The notes under the pieces were generated by a model. That model searched no databases and was not told where the DNA came from. It saw nothing but the letters and a program-made list of their open reading frames with translations. The translations under genes were made by a program, and so were the position numbers. A DNA stretch of 64,000 nt from Promethearchaeota archaeon. Its GTDB lineage: Archaea > Asgardarchaeota > Thorarchaeia > Thorarchaeales > Thorarchaeaceae. Shown in pieces: positions 30,204 through 40,300 of the stretch (its first letter is position 1; each line of letters starts with the position of its first letter). The stretch covers positions 256,001 through 320,000 of the forward strand of contig WJMJ01000059.1 of NCBI GenBank assembly GCA_014728035.1. The letters are read 5' to 3'.

Positions 30204-31307
30204 CTAAATAACACCTATAGTTTGTAATGGTGTTTCTAGACAGAATTCTCTGTCCGTCTTCCAATCGTTCTTTGTGGAATCAAAGGTTTCTGCCCACAGA
30301 CCATATCTCTGCGAGTTCTTATAATCGATTATCAATAACTCATAGCTAGTTGATATTTTCCATACTAAAGAAACCAACTCTGAAAAATGAGCAGATGGCA
30401 TGCGTGCAGACCAGACAAATCCTGTGGTAGTTTGTCTAATACTAGAGCCAAATGGGAAATCTCCCATTTGAAGTCGTTCTATCAGTTTTTCAGTAACTTC
30501 TTGTTCTGCCTCGGCAATAATGAGTGGTGTATTGTACACATCGAAGTGATTCCAATTGATAAATACTCTATATGATTCAACAGCCTGGTTAATCTTTTTC
30601 AATCGTTTTGAAAAGTCCTGTTGAACTCCCATCTTGTTTTTATCAAGTCCGATTTCTTCTATTATCTCTGTATTTTTTTTCCGAGCATCTAGAGTAATGA
30701 CTTCTAATATTTTAGCGTCAGTCTTGTCTAATGGAATCAATCCTTTTGCATTCTCTCGTTCTTTCTCTTTTCTGTCTAATACCTCTGTTTTTTTTCTCCA
30801 CCAAGCATCCCAGTCGAAATTCCATGTCATCTTATTCGGATCCCATGCATCTAGTTTTGGCCTTGTGTATGTAGAACCATATACTGGATTTAATGTAGGA
30901 AGCTCCCGAATTCTTTTAGCATAACCTTTCGTTTTCAGAATTTCTAATGCTTCTTCCAAATGCTCTCTTGCTTCGTCAGGCTGTCTAAATTGCATGATAA
31001 CCCCTTGGTTAGAACCACCAAAGACTCTTGCACGATACAATGTATATGGATGTTTTTCACAAAACTGTTCTATTTTCCTGACTGCTTTATACGAGTCCAC
31101 TTCAATTAGAAAGTCATCCATCTCCAAACCTATACGTCTTACCCTTAGATTGGGTTGTACCCCTATGTACACTTGTTCACTCTTAAGAGAATCAAGCCAT
31201 GCCTTGGCGGTAGGGGGTGAGATATCTACTTCTTTTGCCAACTGAACAGCTGGCGCCATGGGATACTCTTGTAGCTTGAACAGGAGCTTAAGCCTATCTT
31301 GATTCAC
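30204..31307 (-). CDS. Double winged-helix Lrp/AsnC-like transcriptional regulator
   Basis: N-terminal HTH (LAKEVDISPPTA) and a second Lrp-like unit (LDKTDAKIL.....DAR). Confidence 0.75.
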   Translation of the reverse strand: MNQDRLKLLFKLQEYPMAPAVQLAKEVDISPPTAKAWLDSLKSEQVYIGVQPNLRVRRIGLEMDDFLIEVDSYKAVRKIEQFCEKHPYTLYRARVFGGSNQGVIMQFRQPDEAREHLEEALEILKTKGYAKRIRELPTLNPVYGSTYTRPKLDAWDPNKMTWNFDWDAWWRKKTEVLDRKEKERENAKGLIPLDKTDAKILEVITLDARKKNTEIIEEIGLDKNKMGVQQDFSKRLKKINQAVESYRVFINWNHFDVYNTPLIIAEAEQEVTEKLIERLQMGDFPFGSSIRQTTTGFVWSARMPSAHFSELVSLVWKISTSYELLIIDYKNSQRYGLWAETFDSTKNDWKTDREFCLETPLQTIGVI

Positions 31308-31328
31308 GTATCGACAACCTTCTGTTAT

Positions 31329-31799
31329 TCAAAAATATGCTTTAACATCAGGTAGGCCGGGTCCTGCTCCAGTTGGGGGGTCAAAAATGAGTTGGTCAGT
31401 AATGTAGTATTTTCCATTACCTGTTCCCATAACTGATGCAAGCATGGTCACAGTATACCATCCACTCTCAGTTGCCATATTGAGTCCATCAATATTCAAA
31501 ATCGATTGAGCGGGTGCCCGATACACTGACACTCTTACGTTGTAGGTTAGACCTGAGGGCAATTCGATCCATATATTCAAGTCAACTCTAACTGAGTCGT
31601 CAGTGGGAAATTTGAATTCGAGTAGGATTTTGATATCATCCTCACAGTTGTCTCCATCAAGATCTGCATAGTATGCATCAATAATGGATATGTCTGTACT
31701 TTCTGACACAACTGTTCTGGGCTGAGCACTGGCAAGCGGGATAAGTGATAATAGAACAATCATAGATGCGGCGAGAATTGTTAGATTGGATTTTTGCAT
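31329..31799 (-). CDS. Secreted hypothetical protein with DxDxD-type Ca-binding motif
   Basis: Signal peptide (..LASA/Q); DLDGDNCEDD; AGGTGA SD. Confidence 0.7.
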   Translation of the reverse strand: MQKSNLTILAASMIVLLSLIPLASAQPRTVVSESTDISIIDAYYADLDGDNCEDDIKILLEFKFPTDDSVRVDLNIWIELPSGLTYNVRVSVYRAPAQSILNIDGLNMATESGWYTVTMLASVMGTGNGKYYITDQLIFDPPTGAGPGLPDVKAYF

Positions 31800-31942
31800 T
31801 AGGCTCACCTAAATCAGATGCTTCTAGAAATACAAATTGATATATAAGGATATTTGAAATTAGAATTTAAAGCTATATTTATATATTAGTTTTTATTCCT
31901 AATGTGTTGTCCGACGATTGATCGGAAATTAAGGTGAATACC

Positions 31943-32779
31943 ATGAAACGCTTCGGCGCACTGCTCCTAATTGTAGGACTTGCTTTTGCCATGTTCGCAC
32001 CAACTGTTGCCTTTACAATTGACAACAAGTTGATCATGCGTGGACCTGGCGGTGGTGGTGGTGGAAACTCAGAACCCACTCCTCCTCCTATCGAGTACTA
32101 CACTGATTCAGGCCAAGACAAATGGGCCATACTAATTGGAATCTCAGACTATGAAGGTAGATCTTCGGATCTATGGAATCCGCACAATGATGCACTTGAA
32201 ATGAAAGAGATTCTTGCTGCTTATGGTTATAATTATGCTATCGCTCTTGATGGTGCTGGCACAAAGGATAACATCATAATGCTTCTCGACTGGCTCATTG
32301 CTAATGAAGGACCTAACTCCGAGGTAGTGTTCTTCTACTCTGGTCATGGTGCCAGAACCCAAGATGGTAGCTGGGATACTGATATAGAGGCCGATGGATA
32401 TGACGAGTGCATTGTTTCTTGGGACAGTTACGCAGTAACTGATTCCTACATGGCTAGCCGCTTCAATGAGATCGAATCAAATCATTTTGCTGCAATATAT
32501 TGCAGCTGTCACAGTGGTGGAATGTTTGATCTTGCATCAGAAACCCGTGATGGTGCTCTGTACATTGGAGCAGCTGAGGCTGACCAATACGGTTGGGACT
32601 ATCTTGATTTGGAGAACACTCTATTCTTCTACTGGTTTGGTGATCAGGGTATCATCAATGGACCCTATAACAACCTCCAAGATGCTTTTGACTATGCACG
32701 ACCTATTGTGATTGCTGAGCAACCAGACAGTTGTCCGATTATGCTTGACAATCTAGGCGTTCCATTCTATGTGAAGTAA
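31943..32779 (+). CDS. Secreted caspase-family (C14, meta/orthocaspase-like) protease
   Basis: Signal peptide and Gly/Pro linker; WAILIGISDY, catalytic FFYSGHG and CSCHSGG, DE.DG.DE-like loop. Confidence 0.88.
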   Translation: MKRFGALLLIVGLAFAMFAPTVAFTIDNKLIMRGPGGGGGGNSEPTPPPIEYYTDSGQDKWAILIGISDYEGRSSDLWNPHNDALEMKEILAAYGYNYAIALDGAGTKDNIIMLLDWLIANEGPNSEVVFFYSGHGARTQDGSWDTDIEADGYDECIVSWDSYAVTDSYMASRFNEIESNHFAAIYCSCHSGGMFDLASETRDGALYIGAAEADQYGWDYLDLENTLFFYWFGDQGIINGPYNNLQDAFDYARPIVIAEQPDSCPIMLDNLGVPFYVK

Positions 32780-32807
32780 GGGGAATCCCCCCTCTTCCTC
32801 TTTTTTT
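32780..32807 (+). terminator. Terminator after the caspase gene
   Basis: gggg-aat-cccc hairpin followed by a pyrimidine tract ending in T7. Confidence 0.55.
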
Positions 32808-32859
32808 GTAACACCACGTAATTACTGGTAATTATATGTTCTAGTGCATACATTATGGT

Positions 32860-33315
32860 ATGCCTATTGAAGATGTCTTACTTGGTCTCGGAATTGGTTT
32901 ACTTCTTACTGTGTTCGTATATCTAATAATGCGTATGCGTCTCCGTCATAGAATTTCTATGGTTGAGAAAGAATTTCAAAAACTCTGGGCTGAGCAAGAG
33001 TCAGATATTCGTAAGGATGCAAGTAAAAGAAGTAGGCATGTATTGAAGGGAAAAATTGCTGAGCATATGGTGCCCCTCTTCCGTGATGTCTTCAAATATG
33101 AACCATCAGATGCTAGATTTATTGGTGCTCCAATTGATTATCTCATCTTTGATGGCTATACCCGTATAAAAGATGCTGGGTCTGAAGATGAAATCACTGT
33201 AGTATTAGCTGACATCAAAACCGGGTCTGCAAGGTTGAATAAGACTGAACGACGTATAAAAGAAGCAGTCGAGGCTGGGCGAGTGAAGTGGGAAACCATC
33301 CGTGTAGAGTTCTGA
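32860..33315 (+). CDS. Holliday-junction-resolvase-like endonuclease (Endonuc_Holl family) with TM anchor
   Basis: SR.VLKGKI.E, RFIG.PIDY..FDG and DIKTG.A.L motifs. Confidence 0.88.
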   Translation: MPIEDVLLGLGIGLLLTVFVYLIMRMRLRHRISMVEKEFQKLWAEQESDIRKDASKRSRHVLKGKIAEHMVPLFRDVFKYEPSDARFIGAPIDYLIFDGYTRIKDAGSEDEITVVLADIKTGSARLNKTERRIKEAVEAGRVKWETIRVEF

Positions 33316-33396
33316 ACGACAATCTTGCTCAGATAATTAGGTAGTTATTAAGCTAGGAGTGTTGTCCATTATATGAAAATTTGCGGATGAATTTCC

Positions 33397-33900
33397 ATGA
33401 AAAAAGAAGAGTATTCTAAAGATACAATTGAGATTTCCTATTTTGATTTTCTGAAAGAGGTCTATTCTGGTAGAATTGAGCTGATACGTGAAATGGAACG
33501 TGTTTTCGGAAAAGATGCAGTACACAATACCATAGAGAGATACTACGAGCAAAGATCTGTTTCTAGCAGTTCGAAAATGATGGAACAGGAAGAACCAATC
33601 TCCACAATTGAAGATTTTCGAACATTTTTACTAAAGATTGATGAACGGCCATTTATGCAAAAAACAATGATTACTGAACATCCTGAATCGGATGGCAAAA
33701 CCGTACATAGAGTGGTCAAACAATGCATGTGGGCCGATGTGTTCAAGGAACTCGATGCTTCCGACATTGGTGATATAATGCTCTGTAAGACTGATTTTGC
33801 AACGGCGAGTGTATTCCATCCAAATGTAAAACTAACTAGATCGAAGACTCTCATGGCTGGTGACGATTGCTGTGATTTCATCTATTCATGGGAAGAATAA
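33397..33900 (+). CDS. L-2-amino-thiazoline-4-carboxylate hydrolase-like protein (V4R-related fold)
   Basis: C.WA..F, LC.TD and LTRSKTLMAGDDCCDF motifs. Confidence 0.85.
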   Translation: MKKEEYSKDTIEISYFDFLKEVYSGRIELIREMERVFGKDAVHNTIERYYEQRSVSSSSKMMEQEEPISTIEDFRTFLLKIDERPFMQKTMITEHPESDGKTVHRVVKQCMWADVFKELDASDIGDIMLCKTDFATASVFHPNVKLTRSKTLMAGDDCCDFIYSWEE

Positions 33901-34236
33901 CTAAGCTGCAAAACATGGTTTGAATACTGACCTAGTTACAGCATCAGTAATTGTGGCATCACTGGGAATTCCGTGTAGTTCTGTATCACAGATTTGAGTT
34001 GTGGGCAGCAGAGTTATTCTAGATAATTCTTCACTGTTCAACTCATCTAATCGCACTTTTCTTATCATATATGGAGATAATCCAAACTGTTTGAGTATTT
34101 CTTCGACTTTTTTAACAACTAATTCGCAGAATAGACAATTCTGACTTGTGTAAAGGGTTATGCAACTCTCTCTTTTACAAGGTATAGAATCGGCGGTTCT
34201 ACATAATGTGGCGGCTTTCAGCACTAACCTCTCCAT
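33901..34236 (-). CDS. Thioredoxin/glutaredoxin-fold protein
   Basis: LYTSQNCLFC (CxxC); LPT cis-Pro loop. Confidence 0.75.
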   Translation of the reverse strand: MERLVLKAATLCRTADSIPCKRESCITLYTSQNCLFCELVVKKVEEILKQFGLSPYMIRKVRLDELNSEELSRITLLPTTQICDTELHGIPSDATITDAVTRSVFKPCFAA

Positions 34237-34354
34237 TATTATTATATGAAAAACAGAATAATAAACTTCTAGTGTATTTATTCTCTTTTCAACTTACAGT
34301 AGACTTTTCTTTGTAGACTCGATTCAAATTTCAACAAACAGCATATATGAGGTA

Positions 34355-35545
34355 TTGTTGGTGTCAGAAGTCTATTCTAGAATCCCTAAGAAAGAGATTG
34401 AAAATCGGATACAAAAATTATCAACCAAACTGCATGAGAACAATCTTGATGCAGCATTACTTCTATCAATTCAAGAGATTTACTATTATTCGGGTGTTGG
34501 CTTGAATGGGGCAGTATATGTGACTTCTGACGGAAATGCAACATATTTAGTAAAACGTAATCTTGAGCTGGCAAAGGCATATTCGCCCTTGGACGATATT
34601 CGTGAATATGGTCGTCAATCAGCATTATTCCAAAATCTCAAGGCAGAGGACGATTCTCGTATTGGTGTTGAAGAAGACATTGTTTCTTATTCGTTCCTTT
34701 CATATTTGAAAACGAAAGCATCACCAAGTGAACTTGTGGATGCCTCGAACATCTTTCGTACCATTAGATCCATCAAGTCAAAGTTTGAAGTCCAACAGAT
34801 AGAGACTGCTGCTGGTATAATCGATGAGATGATGACTTACTGCACTGAGGTCGCAACACCCGATATGACCGAGATTGACCTTGTATCTCGTTTAGATAGC
34901 TGGCTTTTGGAACACAATCATGCTGGTAACATAACTACCCGTGGTTTCAATACTGGAATGCTCCATTATTCCTATGTGGTATCGAGTGATACCTCAAGTC
35001 TCAACAGTTTCTTCACACCAGTATCAGGTCAAGGTTTATCTCTCAAGTATCCATACGGCCCTACTAGAAGAAAACTGGGCAGAAACAAACCGTTCATTGT
35101 TGATGCCTGTGGAAATTGTAATGGGTATGTTTCTGATACTACACGTACGTTCGTCTGTGGGACATTCGATTCACAACATTTAGAATATCTTGCTGCTTTG
35201 ACGGAAATCAAAGAGTATCTTTCAAAAGAACTTGTTTCTGGTCGAAATTTGGGGGTGTTATTCTCAGATGTATGGAAGCTTGCTAATGAGCTTGAAGTTG
35301 CTGAGATGTTTATGGGTGAACCAAATAACCATGTTGCCTTTATTGGTCATGGTGTCGGTCTAGAATTGGACGAACCTCCTATTCTTTATGCTCGTGGACC
35401 TGATTTAGAAGCGGGCCATATTATTGCTTGTGAACCTAAACTTGTAATCCCTACGCAACTTGTTTTGGGAATTGAAGATACCTTTCATATCACTAGTTCA
35501 AAACCGGAGATTCTAACCCATGCTACAGAATACTTTGAAATCTAG
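34355..35545 (+). CDS. M24 Xaa-Pro aminopeptidase family protein
   Basis: RSIKS..E, D....GY.SD.TRT, GHGVGLE, EP and GIED motifs. Confidence 0.92.
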   Translation: MLVSEVYSRIPKKEIENRIQKLSTKLHENNLDAALLLSIQEIYYYSGVGLNGAVYVTSDGNATYLVKRNLELAKAYSPLDDIREYGRQSALFQNLKAEDDSRIGVEEDIVSYSFLSYLKTKASPSELVDASNIFRTIRSIKSKFEVQQIETAAGIIDEMMTYCTEVATPDMTEIDLVSRLDSWLLEHNHAGNITTRGFNTGMLHYSYVVSSDTSSLNSFFTPVSGQGLSLKYPYGPTRRKLGRNKPFIVDACGNCNGYVSDTTRTFVCGTFDSQHLEYLAALTEIKEYLSKELVSGRNLGVLFSDVWKLANELEVAEMFMGEPNNHVAFIGHGVGLELDEPPILYARGPDLEAGHIIACEPKLVIPTQLVLGIEDTFHITSSKPEILTHATEYFEI

Positions 35546-35704
35546 CAGGAATCAAAAATTTCTCTCATCGGTTTTAAAACTATTCAATAGAATCTTCATT
35601 TCATTTTCCACAATTTTCCTCATAAAAGACTAGAACCAAACCAAACAACCTTATATCTCTCGTTACGGCATAAACTTAGGCATCTCAGCCAGGAGAATTT
35701 CCCA

Positions 35705-36307
35705 GTGACTGAGACAACTAAATTTCTACTTGAAATAAAAAAATCGAAGCGTCTCATACGTGTAACAATAGTTGGTGAAGGAGCTGTTGGGAAAACTACC
35801 ATTGTCACATCAATTTTAAACTCAACAAAAGCTCATGAGCATTCGACATCTACAATATCAACAATTGAAAAGACAAATCGTACCCCATTTATGATTATTG
35901 AAACCTGGAAACAAGATGGGCTTACAGTTCAATGTTTTGATTTGGCAGGTCAAAGGAAAACACCCGGTGCTCATCCCTTGGATATTCTAAAAGACCAAGT
36001 TCTAAAGATGATTGATATTGTCATCCTCGTATTTGCTCTGGATAGATATGAATCGTTTGAAAATATCTACAAGTGGATGCAACTGATGGGTTTTGAAGAC
36101 GGCCCTCCCGAAGAGGGACCATTATTCATTCTTGTCGGAAATAAATGTGATTTAGAACAAAATGTTTCTAGAGATCTTGTCACACCTCTTGTTGGTCCAG
36201 ATAAGATGTTTGAAACTTATATAGAAACATCCGCTACCGAGAATATTGGGATAAAGAAATTATTAGAGGAAATCGCCCGGATAGGAAATGATGTTCTTGG
36301 CTCATGA
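35705..36307 (+). CDS. Ras-superfamily small GTPase (Rab/Roc-like)
   Basis: G1 GEGAVGKT, G3 DLAGQ, G4 NKCD, G5 ETSA. Confidence 0.92.
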   Translation: MTETTKFLLEIKKSKRLIRVTIVGEGAVGKTTIVTSILNSTKAHEHSTSTISTIEKTNRTPFMIIETWKQDGLTVQCFDLAGQRKTPGAHPLDILKDQVLKMIDIVILVFALDRYESFENIYKWMQLMGFEDGPPEEGPLFILVGNKCDLEQNVSRDLVTPLVGPDKMFETYIETSATENIGIKKLLEEIARIGNDVLGS

Positions 36308-36344
36308 TTCCACTAAATGAATACAATCTTCAAAGGGAACGAAT

Positions 36345-38564
36345 ATGACCGAATTCAAATGTAAGATATGTAATCAAGATATCTCCTTTGACTTGGATGA
36401 TTCTAGCACGTATTTGTCAAAAACTGAATCTGGAAATCCTCTTATTGGAAAGCTATACACTGTACGCGTCGGCCATAGGGGTGGAGTAAATGTACTGCAT
36501 ATCAATGTGGTCGTTGTGGATGAGAATGGTGAATATCGTGCTCACAAGGATAGTTATGAAGAGAGCGAGTCAGCTGATGATACATCTTCTTTTGAAAGAG
36601 TGAGTCAAAAGTTCCCCTCCGAAATTAAGCCTTTTTTGGATCTTGCCAGTGAATCAGATAGGACGATTATATCTGCTATATCTCAGCCAATGGATTGTAC
36701 TGCAGATGGATGGACTCGGACAATCTCTCAATTATACGAATTAGACACATCCAGTCGTCTGTTCGAATTTCTTCTAGCAAAGTGGAACTTCATTGTAGGA
36801 AATGGTTCAGAGATTCCTGAGGGTGCAGCTCGTTCAGAATCTTGGGGATATCCTTTGTATCTTCGATTTCGTTGTCGTGTATCTGGTTCTCCTGAATTGC
36901 TTGAATTGACAAAAGAATTACATTTTGATTCATACCCCCCTCTCATTCAATTTGAGGTGGCGATGGCAAAGGCTGAAAACTTTCTACGCATGGCGGCTTT
37001 CGAACATCTTGATGAGCTTTATGAGTTTGTTCAGAAAAATTGGGGCGATACAGATCTTGTACAAGAGAAAATTGCGCTTCTGGTCATCCAATCATATTGG
37101 GGATTCAGTCAATATCGAAAAGGCGAAGTAGCAAAAGCTCTTGGATTGATTGAACCAGCTTTTAGTTTTGGACAGATTATTAATAATAGAGAAATTATTG
37201 CTGTTGTAGGTACTCTATATGCCAATGTTCTTCGTGCTAGAGGAGACCTTTCTACTGCTCTCAATGTATATGAAGTGGCACTAAATACTATGGAGGAACT
37301 TGGTGATGAAAGAGGGAAAGTAATTCTCTCTATCAACATGAGTATTGTAGAATACAAGCAGGGGAAATTCGAGCAATCACTCCAACGTCAAAAAGACACA
37401 CTGAATTCTTTGGTAGCACAAAGAGAATTCCTAATTCGGAACACAATTCTGAATAATATGGCTGAAAATTTGCTAGCTCTCGAACGATATGAAGAATCTC
37501 AAAAGATTGCTCAAGATGTGTTATCCGAAGAAAACATTCCTGTTGATTTGAGAATGGCTCTTCTTGCAAACCTGAAATTAATCGCTGGAAAGACCGAGTC
37601 TCTGGACCTATTAAATTGGATAAAATGCAATCTCCCCGATAATGAATATATGGCTTCGCCCCGTGGACAAATATTTCAATATGATCTGGATGCTATTGAT
37701 GCGGAATTACATCAGAATTGGGAGTTAATGATTAGCCTTCTCAAAAAACAATTAGACATTATGACTGAAAACAAACTAACTGAAGAAGCAAATGACATTG
37801 AATTACGAATTGCGGAAGGTTACTTCACAAAATTTCAAGAAACAAAGGATATGCAGTATCTTAACGAAGCGTACAAACATCTTGATATGGCTAAGATATT
37901 AGCTCTAGAGTCGCAATATTATTCTGATCTATGCAGACTCGCAATAATAAAGGGGTTACTTGCCATTCAAGCTGAACTCTCGGAAAGAGCTAGAGCTCAC
38001 TTTGAAGATGCCCTTTCTATTGCAAGGTCAAATGAATTGTACAGTCTGGAATCTCAGGTCATTAAACATCTTGACCAACTGGAACAGGGTCAACTGGAAG
38101 AAGAATCCACCTCCACACTGCGAAGTTTATTCCAGCGTCTTACTTTTCGGCGTGCGGAAGAGAGGAAGAAGTGGAGACCCAGTAATGTATATGCTATATG
38201 GATAAGCAAGAGGGATGAGGCTTGGGAAATTCTTTTGCAGAATGAAGAGATAGGAAATTCTGATTACACAAATTATTTACTTGGGCTAGTAGATTTGTGG
38301 GATAAAATTGGTCATCATACAGAGCAAGATGCTGTTGATTCATTTCAAGGTAGTAGAGGATTTGTGATTATCGAAAGCTCTTCCGAGTATGATGTAATAG
38401 TCCTTTCAGACCAGATTGATTACATTCTCCGCGCCAGTATGCAGGATGTGATCGAAGAGATTGAATCTTTTCCTCTGAATCATATTGATGAGGAACTAAC
38501 AGCAAAGACACTTGCAACTATTGAAAGTAGAATTGGCAAATTTGAACGACTTTCACTTCTCTAA
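36345..38564 (+). CDS. TPR protein with N-terminal Zn-ribbon-like domain and C-terminal alpha/beta domain
   Basis: CKIC...H...H at the N-terminus; MalT-type TPRs (A...Y..AL....E.GD..G). Confidence 0.8.
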   Translation: MTEFKCKICNQDISFDLDDSSTYLSKTESGNPLIGKLYTVRVGHRGGVNVLHINVVVVDENGEYRAHKDSYEESESADDTSSFERVSQKFPSEIKPFLDLASESDRTIISAISQPMDCTADGWTRTISQLYELDTSSRLFEFLLAKWNFIVGNGSEIPEGAARSESWGYPLYLRFRCRVSGSPELLELTKELHFDSYPPLIQFEVAMAKAENFLRMAAFEHLDELYEFVQKNWGDTDLVQEKIALLVIQSYWGFSQYRKGEVAKALGLIEPAFSFGQIINNREIIAVVGTLYANVLRARGDLSTALNVYEVALNTMEELGDERGKVILSINMSIVEYKQGKFEQSLQRQKDTLNSLVAQREFLIRNTILNNMAENLLALERYEESQKIAQDVLSEENIPVDLRMALLANLKLIAGKTESLDLLNWIKCNLPDNEYMASPRGQIFQYDLDAIDAELHQNWELMISLLKKQLDIMTENKLTEEANDIELRIAEGYFTKFQETKDMQYLNEAYKHLDMAKILALESQYYSDLCRLAIIKGLLAIQAELSERARAHFEDALSIARSNELYSLESQVIKHLDQLEQGQLEEESTSTLRSLFQRLTFRRAEERKKWRPSNVYAIWISKRDEAWEILLQNEEIGNSDYTNYLLGLVDLWDKIGHHTEQDAVDSFQGSRGFVIIESSSEYDVIVLSDQIDYILRASMQDVIEEIESFPLNHIDEELTAKTLATIESRIGKFERLSLL

Positions 38565-38573
38565 TTACTTTCA

Positions 38574-39038
38574 TTACTCTTCAGGAATCTTTTCACGAAG
38601 TGTACGCCCCATCTGTCTGGCTCTTTCAGTTTCTCCCTCAATTAGGGGGCCTTTTCTTCCACTGACTTTGAAAGAAACACCATCTATGACTAGCGTAATC
38701 CCTGGAATTTTTTCCTTGATTGTCTTCTCAAGTTTCTTTGTTGCAATTCCTTCGTTTCCACCTGTATAGGTGTCGAATACAGCACCAAACTTGTTTTCAA
38801 GGCCGACAATTGATACTCTATCGATGTACTTCATTATGTTCAATGTTGGAGCTTGATTGTGGTTTGGTGAGCCAAAGAGAATGATGTCATAATCACACAG
38901 CTTGTCTGTGTGGATACCACCTGGATTTGCAAGTCTGACTTCGATATTTCCACTTTCTCTCAATCCATCTCGTATCTCTTCTGCAATCTGTCTAGTATTT
39001 CCGTATAGACTCTCATAAATAATCGCGACACGTTTCAT
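38574..39038 (-). CDS. Flavodoxin
   Basis: IIYESLYGNT, FGSP and AVFDTY motifs; start at ATG 39038. Confidence 0.9.
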   Translation of the reverse strand: MKRVAIIYESLYGNTRQIAEEIRDGLRESGNIEVRLANPGGIHTDKLCDYDIILFGSPNHNQAPTLNIMKYIDRVSIVGLENKFGAVFDTYTGGNEGIATKKLEKTIKEKIPGITLVIDGVSFKVSGRKGPLIEGETERARQMGRTLREKIPEE

Positions 39039-39151
39039 AAGATGAATTTGTATTCTCCTCTTATTTGCATTCCCCACTCGCAACTGGACTTGTGAAAATA
39101 AGTGATTCGTATGTTTGCATATGAAACATAATAGATATGCTATTAGCATAA

Positions 39152-39712
39152 TTGTTCGTAAAAAACTGCGGACATCTGCATAGTGCTCAAAAGCGCCACA
39201 AAGTAGGTGAATCATTCGTTCTCGATCATATGACTGAGGTCTATGCTTATCTCGGAGATTTTAAGATGGCCCGAGACTGTTTTCTGGAGAGTATTGAGAT
39301 TAATGAACCAATTGGTCTTGAACCTGCAGATGTGTTATCCAGCTTATCTCGATTCTATGTGGGAATTGGAGATGGGGATTCAGTTTTGAAATATTCTACT
39401 CAAGCTATTGATTCTTTTCAGAGAATGAAGACTAAACATCCCATGGTATATTTTGATATGGCACGGGCACTTATTCTGAAAAAAAGATTTTGAAAAGGTA
39501 TTTGATTTTCTTGAAACCGGTACTGAGCTAACGTTCAAAATCAGATATTGGCGGATAAAGACACATATGAGGCACGAGTTCTCTTACGTCGCTTCATTGA
39601 TGAGTTTCAGAGTCTGATTGGCAATGCGTATGAGGATTGGTCCAGAGAGCAATCTAGTCTTCCTGTTATTGAAGAAATCTATCAACGGATTCTTACAAGT
39701 AGAGATCTTTGA
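39152..39712 (+). pseudogene. Degraded TPR-protein gene remnant
   Basis: TPR-like text stops after an A7 run (39479-39485). The +1 frame continues KDFEKVFDFLETG, and further protein-like text runs to a stop near 39712. No clear start. Confidence 0.55.
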
Positions 39713-40240
39713 TTAACTCCACATATGCTTTGGATCGAATGGGTCTGCTGGGCTTAGCTCTTCGTCTCTATCTAAACCACCCATGTCATTCAAACGTAGC
39801 ACTGTAATTGGCTTTGTACCTGACAATAGTCTAGATTCTTTTGTCAAAAACATAAGCATGTGAGGGTGGTCTTCAAGAAATTCCCTGATCTGCTTGTCAA
39901 AATCTATCTTGATTATCAAGAATGAATATTCTGGAGTCAATGTTTCTGAATACCTTTTCATCCTATAGATATCTTGTAGCTGAGGTGCTTCATCAAGAAT
40001 TTCTACAAGTACTAGTCTAGCAGATGCAGAGGATAGTGGCTTCTGAATTTTAGCAAGTCCTACCATGTCAGGAAGACGTTCCCATGATTCGATTATTCTT
40101 GTGGCGTCATCTCCCACTTTATCCTTAACCACTTGGATAATTTCTTCTGATGCAATATATGTAGTGCATTCTCCTACTTGGCTGAAACATGTTTCTAGTT
40201 CAGTCCCAATTTGTTCCAGTTCCTTCGAGTCGGCGTTCAC
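39713..40240 (-). CDS. Hypothetical protein (possible degenerate PD-(D/E)xK fold)
   Basis: GAGG SD and GTG start; LPDMVG...LVLVEI. Confidence 0.6.
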   Translation of the reverse strand: MNADSKELEQIGTELETCFSQVGECTTYIASEEIIQVVKDKVGDDATRIIESWERLPDMVGLAKIQKPLSSASARLVLVEILDEAPQLQDIYRMKRYSETLTPEYSFLIIKIDFDKQIREFLEDHPHMLMFLTKESRLLSGTKPITVLRLNDMGGLDRDEELSPADPFDPKHMWS

Positions 40241-40300
40241 GTGAATATCCTCATTAAATACTGTTTTTGAAATGATAAAAGGTCTATCGTTATCACTATT

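Noticed and set aside
32860-33315. Endonuclease as a sign of a mobile element or defence island
   Set aside because: This TM-anchored family is commonly stand-alone; no integrase, transposase or terminal repeats are nearby.
33901-34236. KaiB-like clock protein
   Set aside because: It has a canonical CxxC and there is no KaiC in the window; a generic thioredoxin fold is sufficient.
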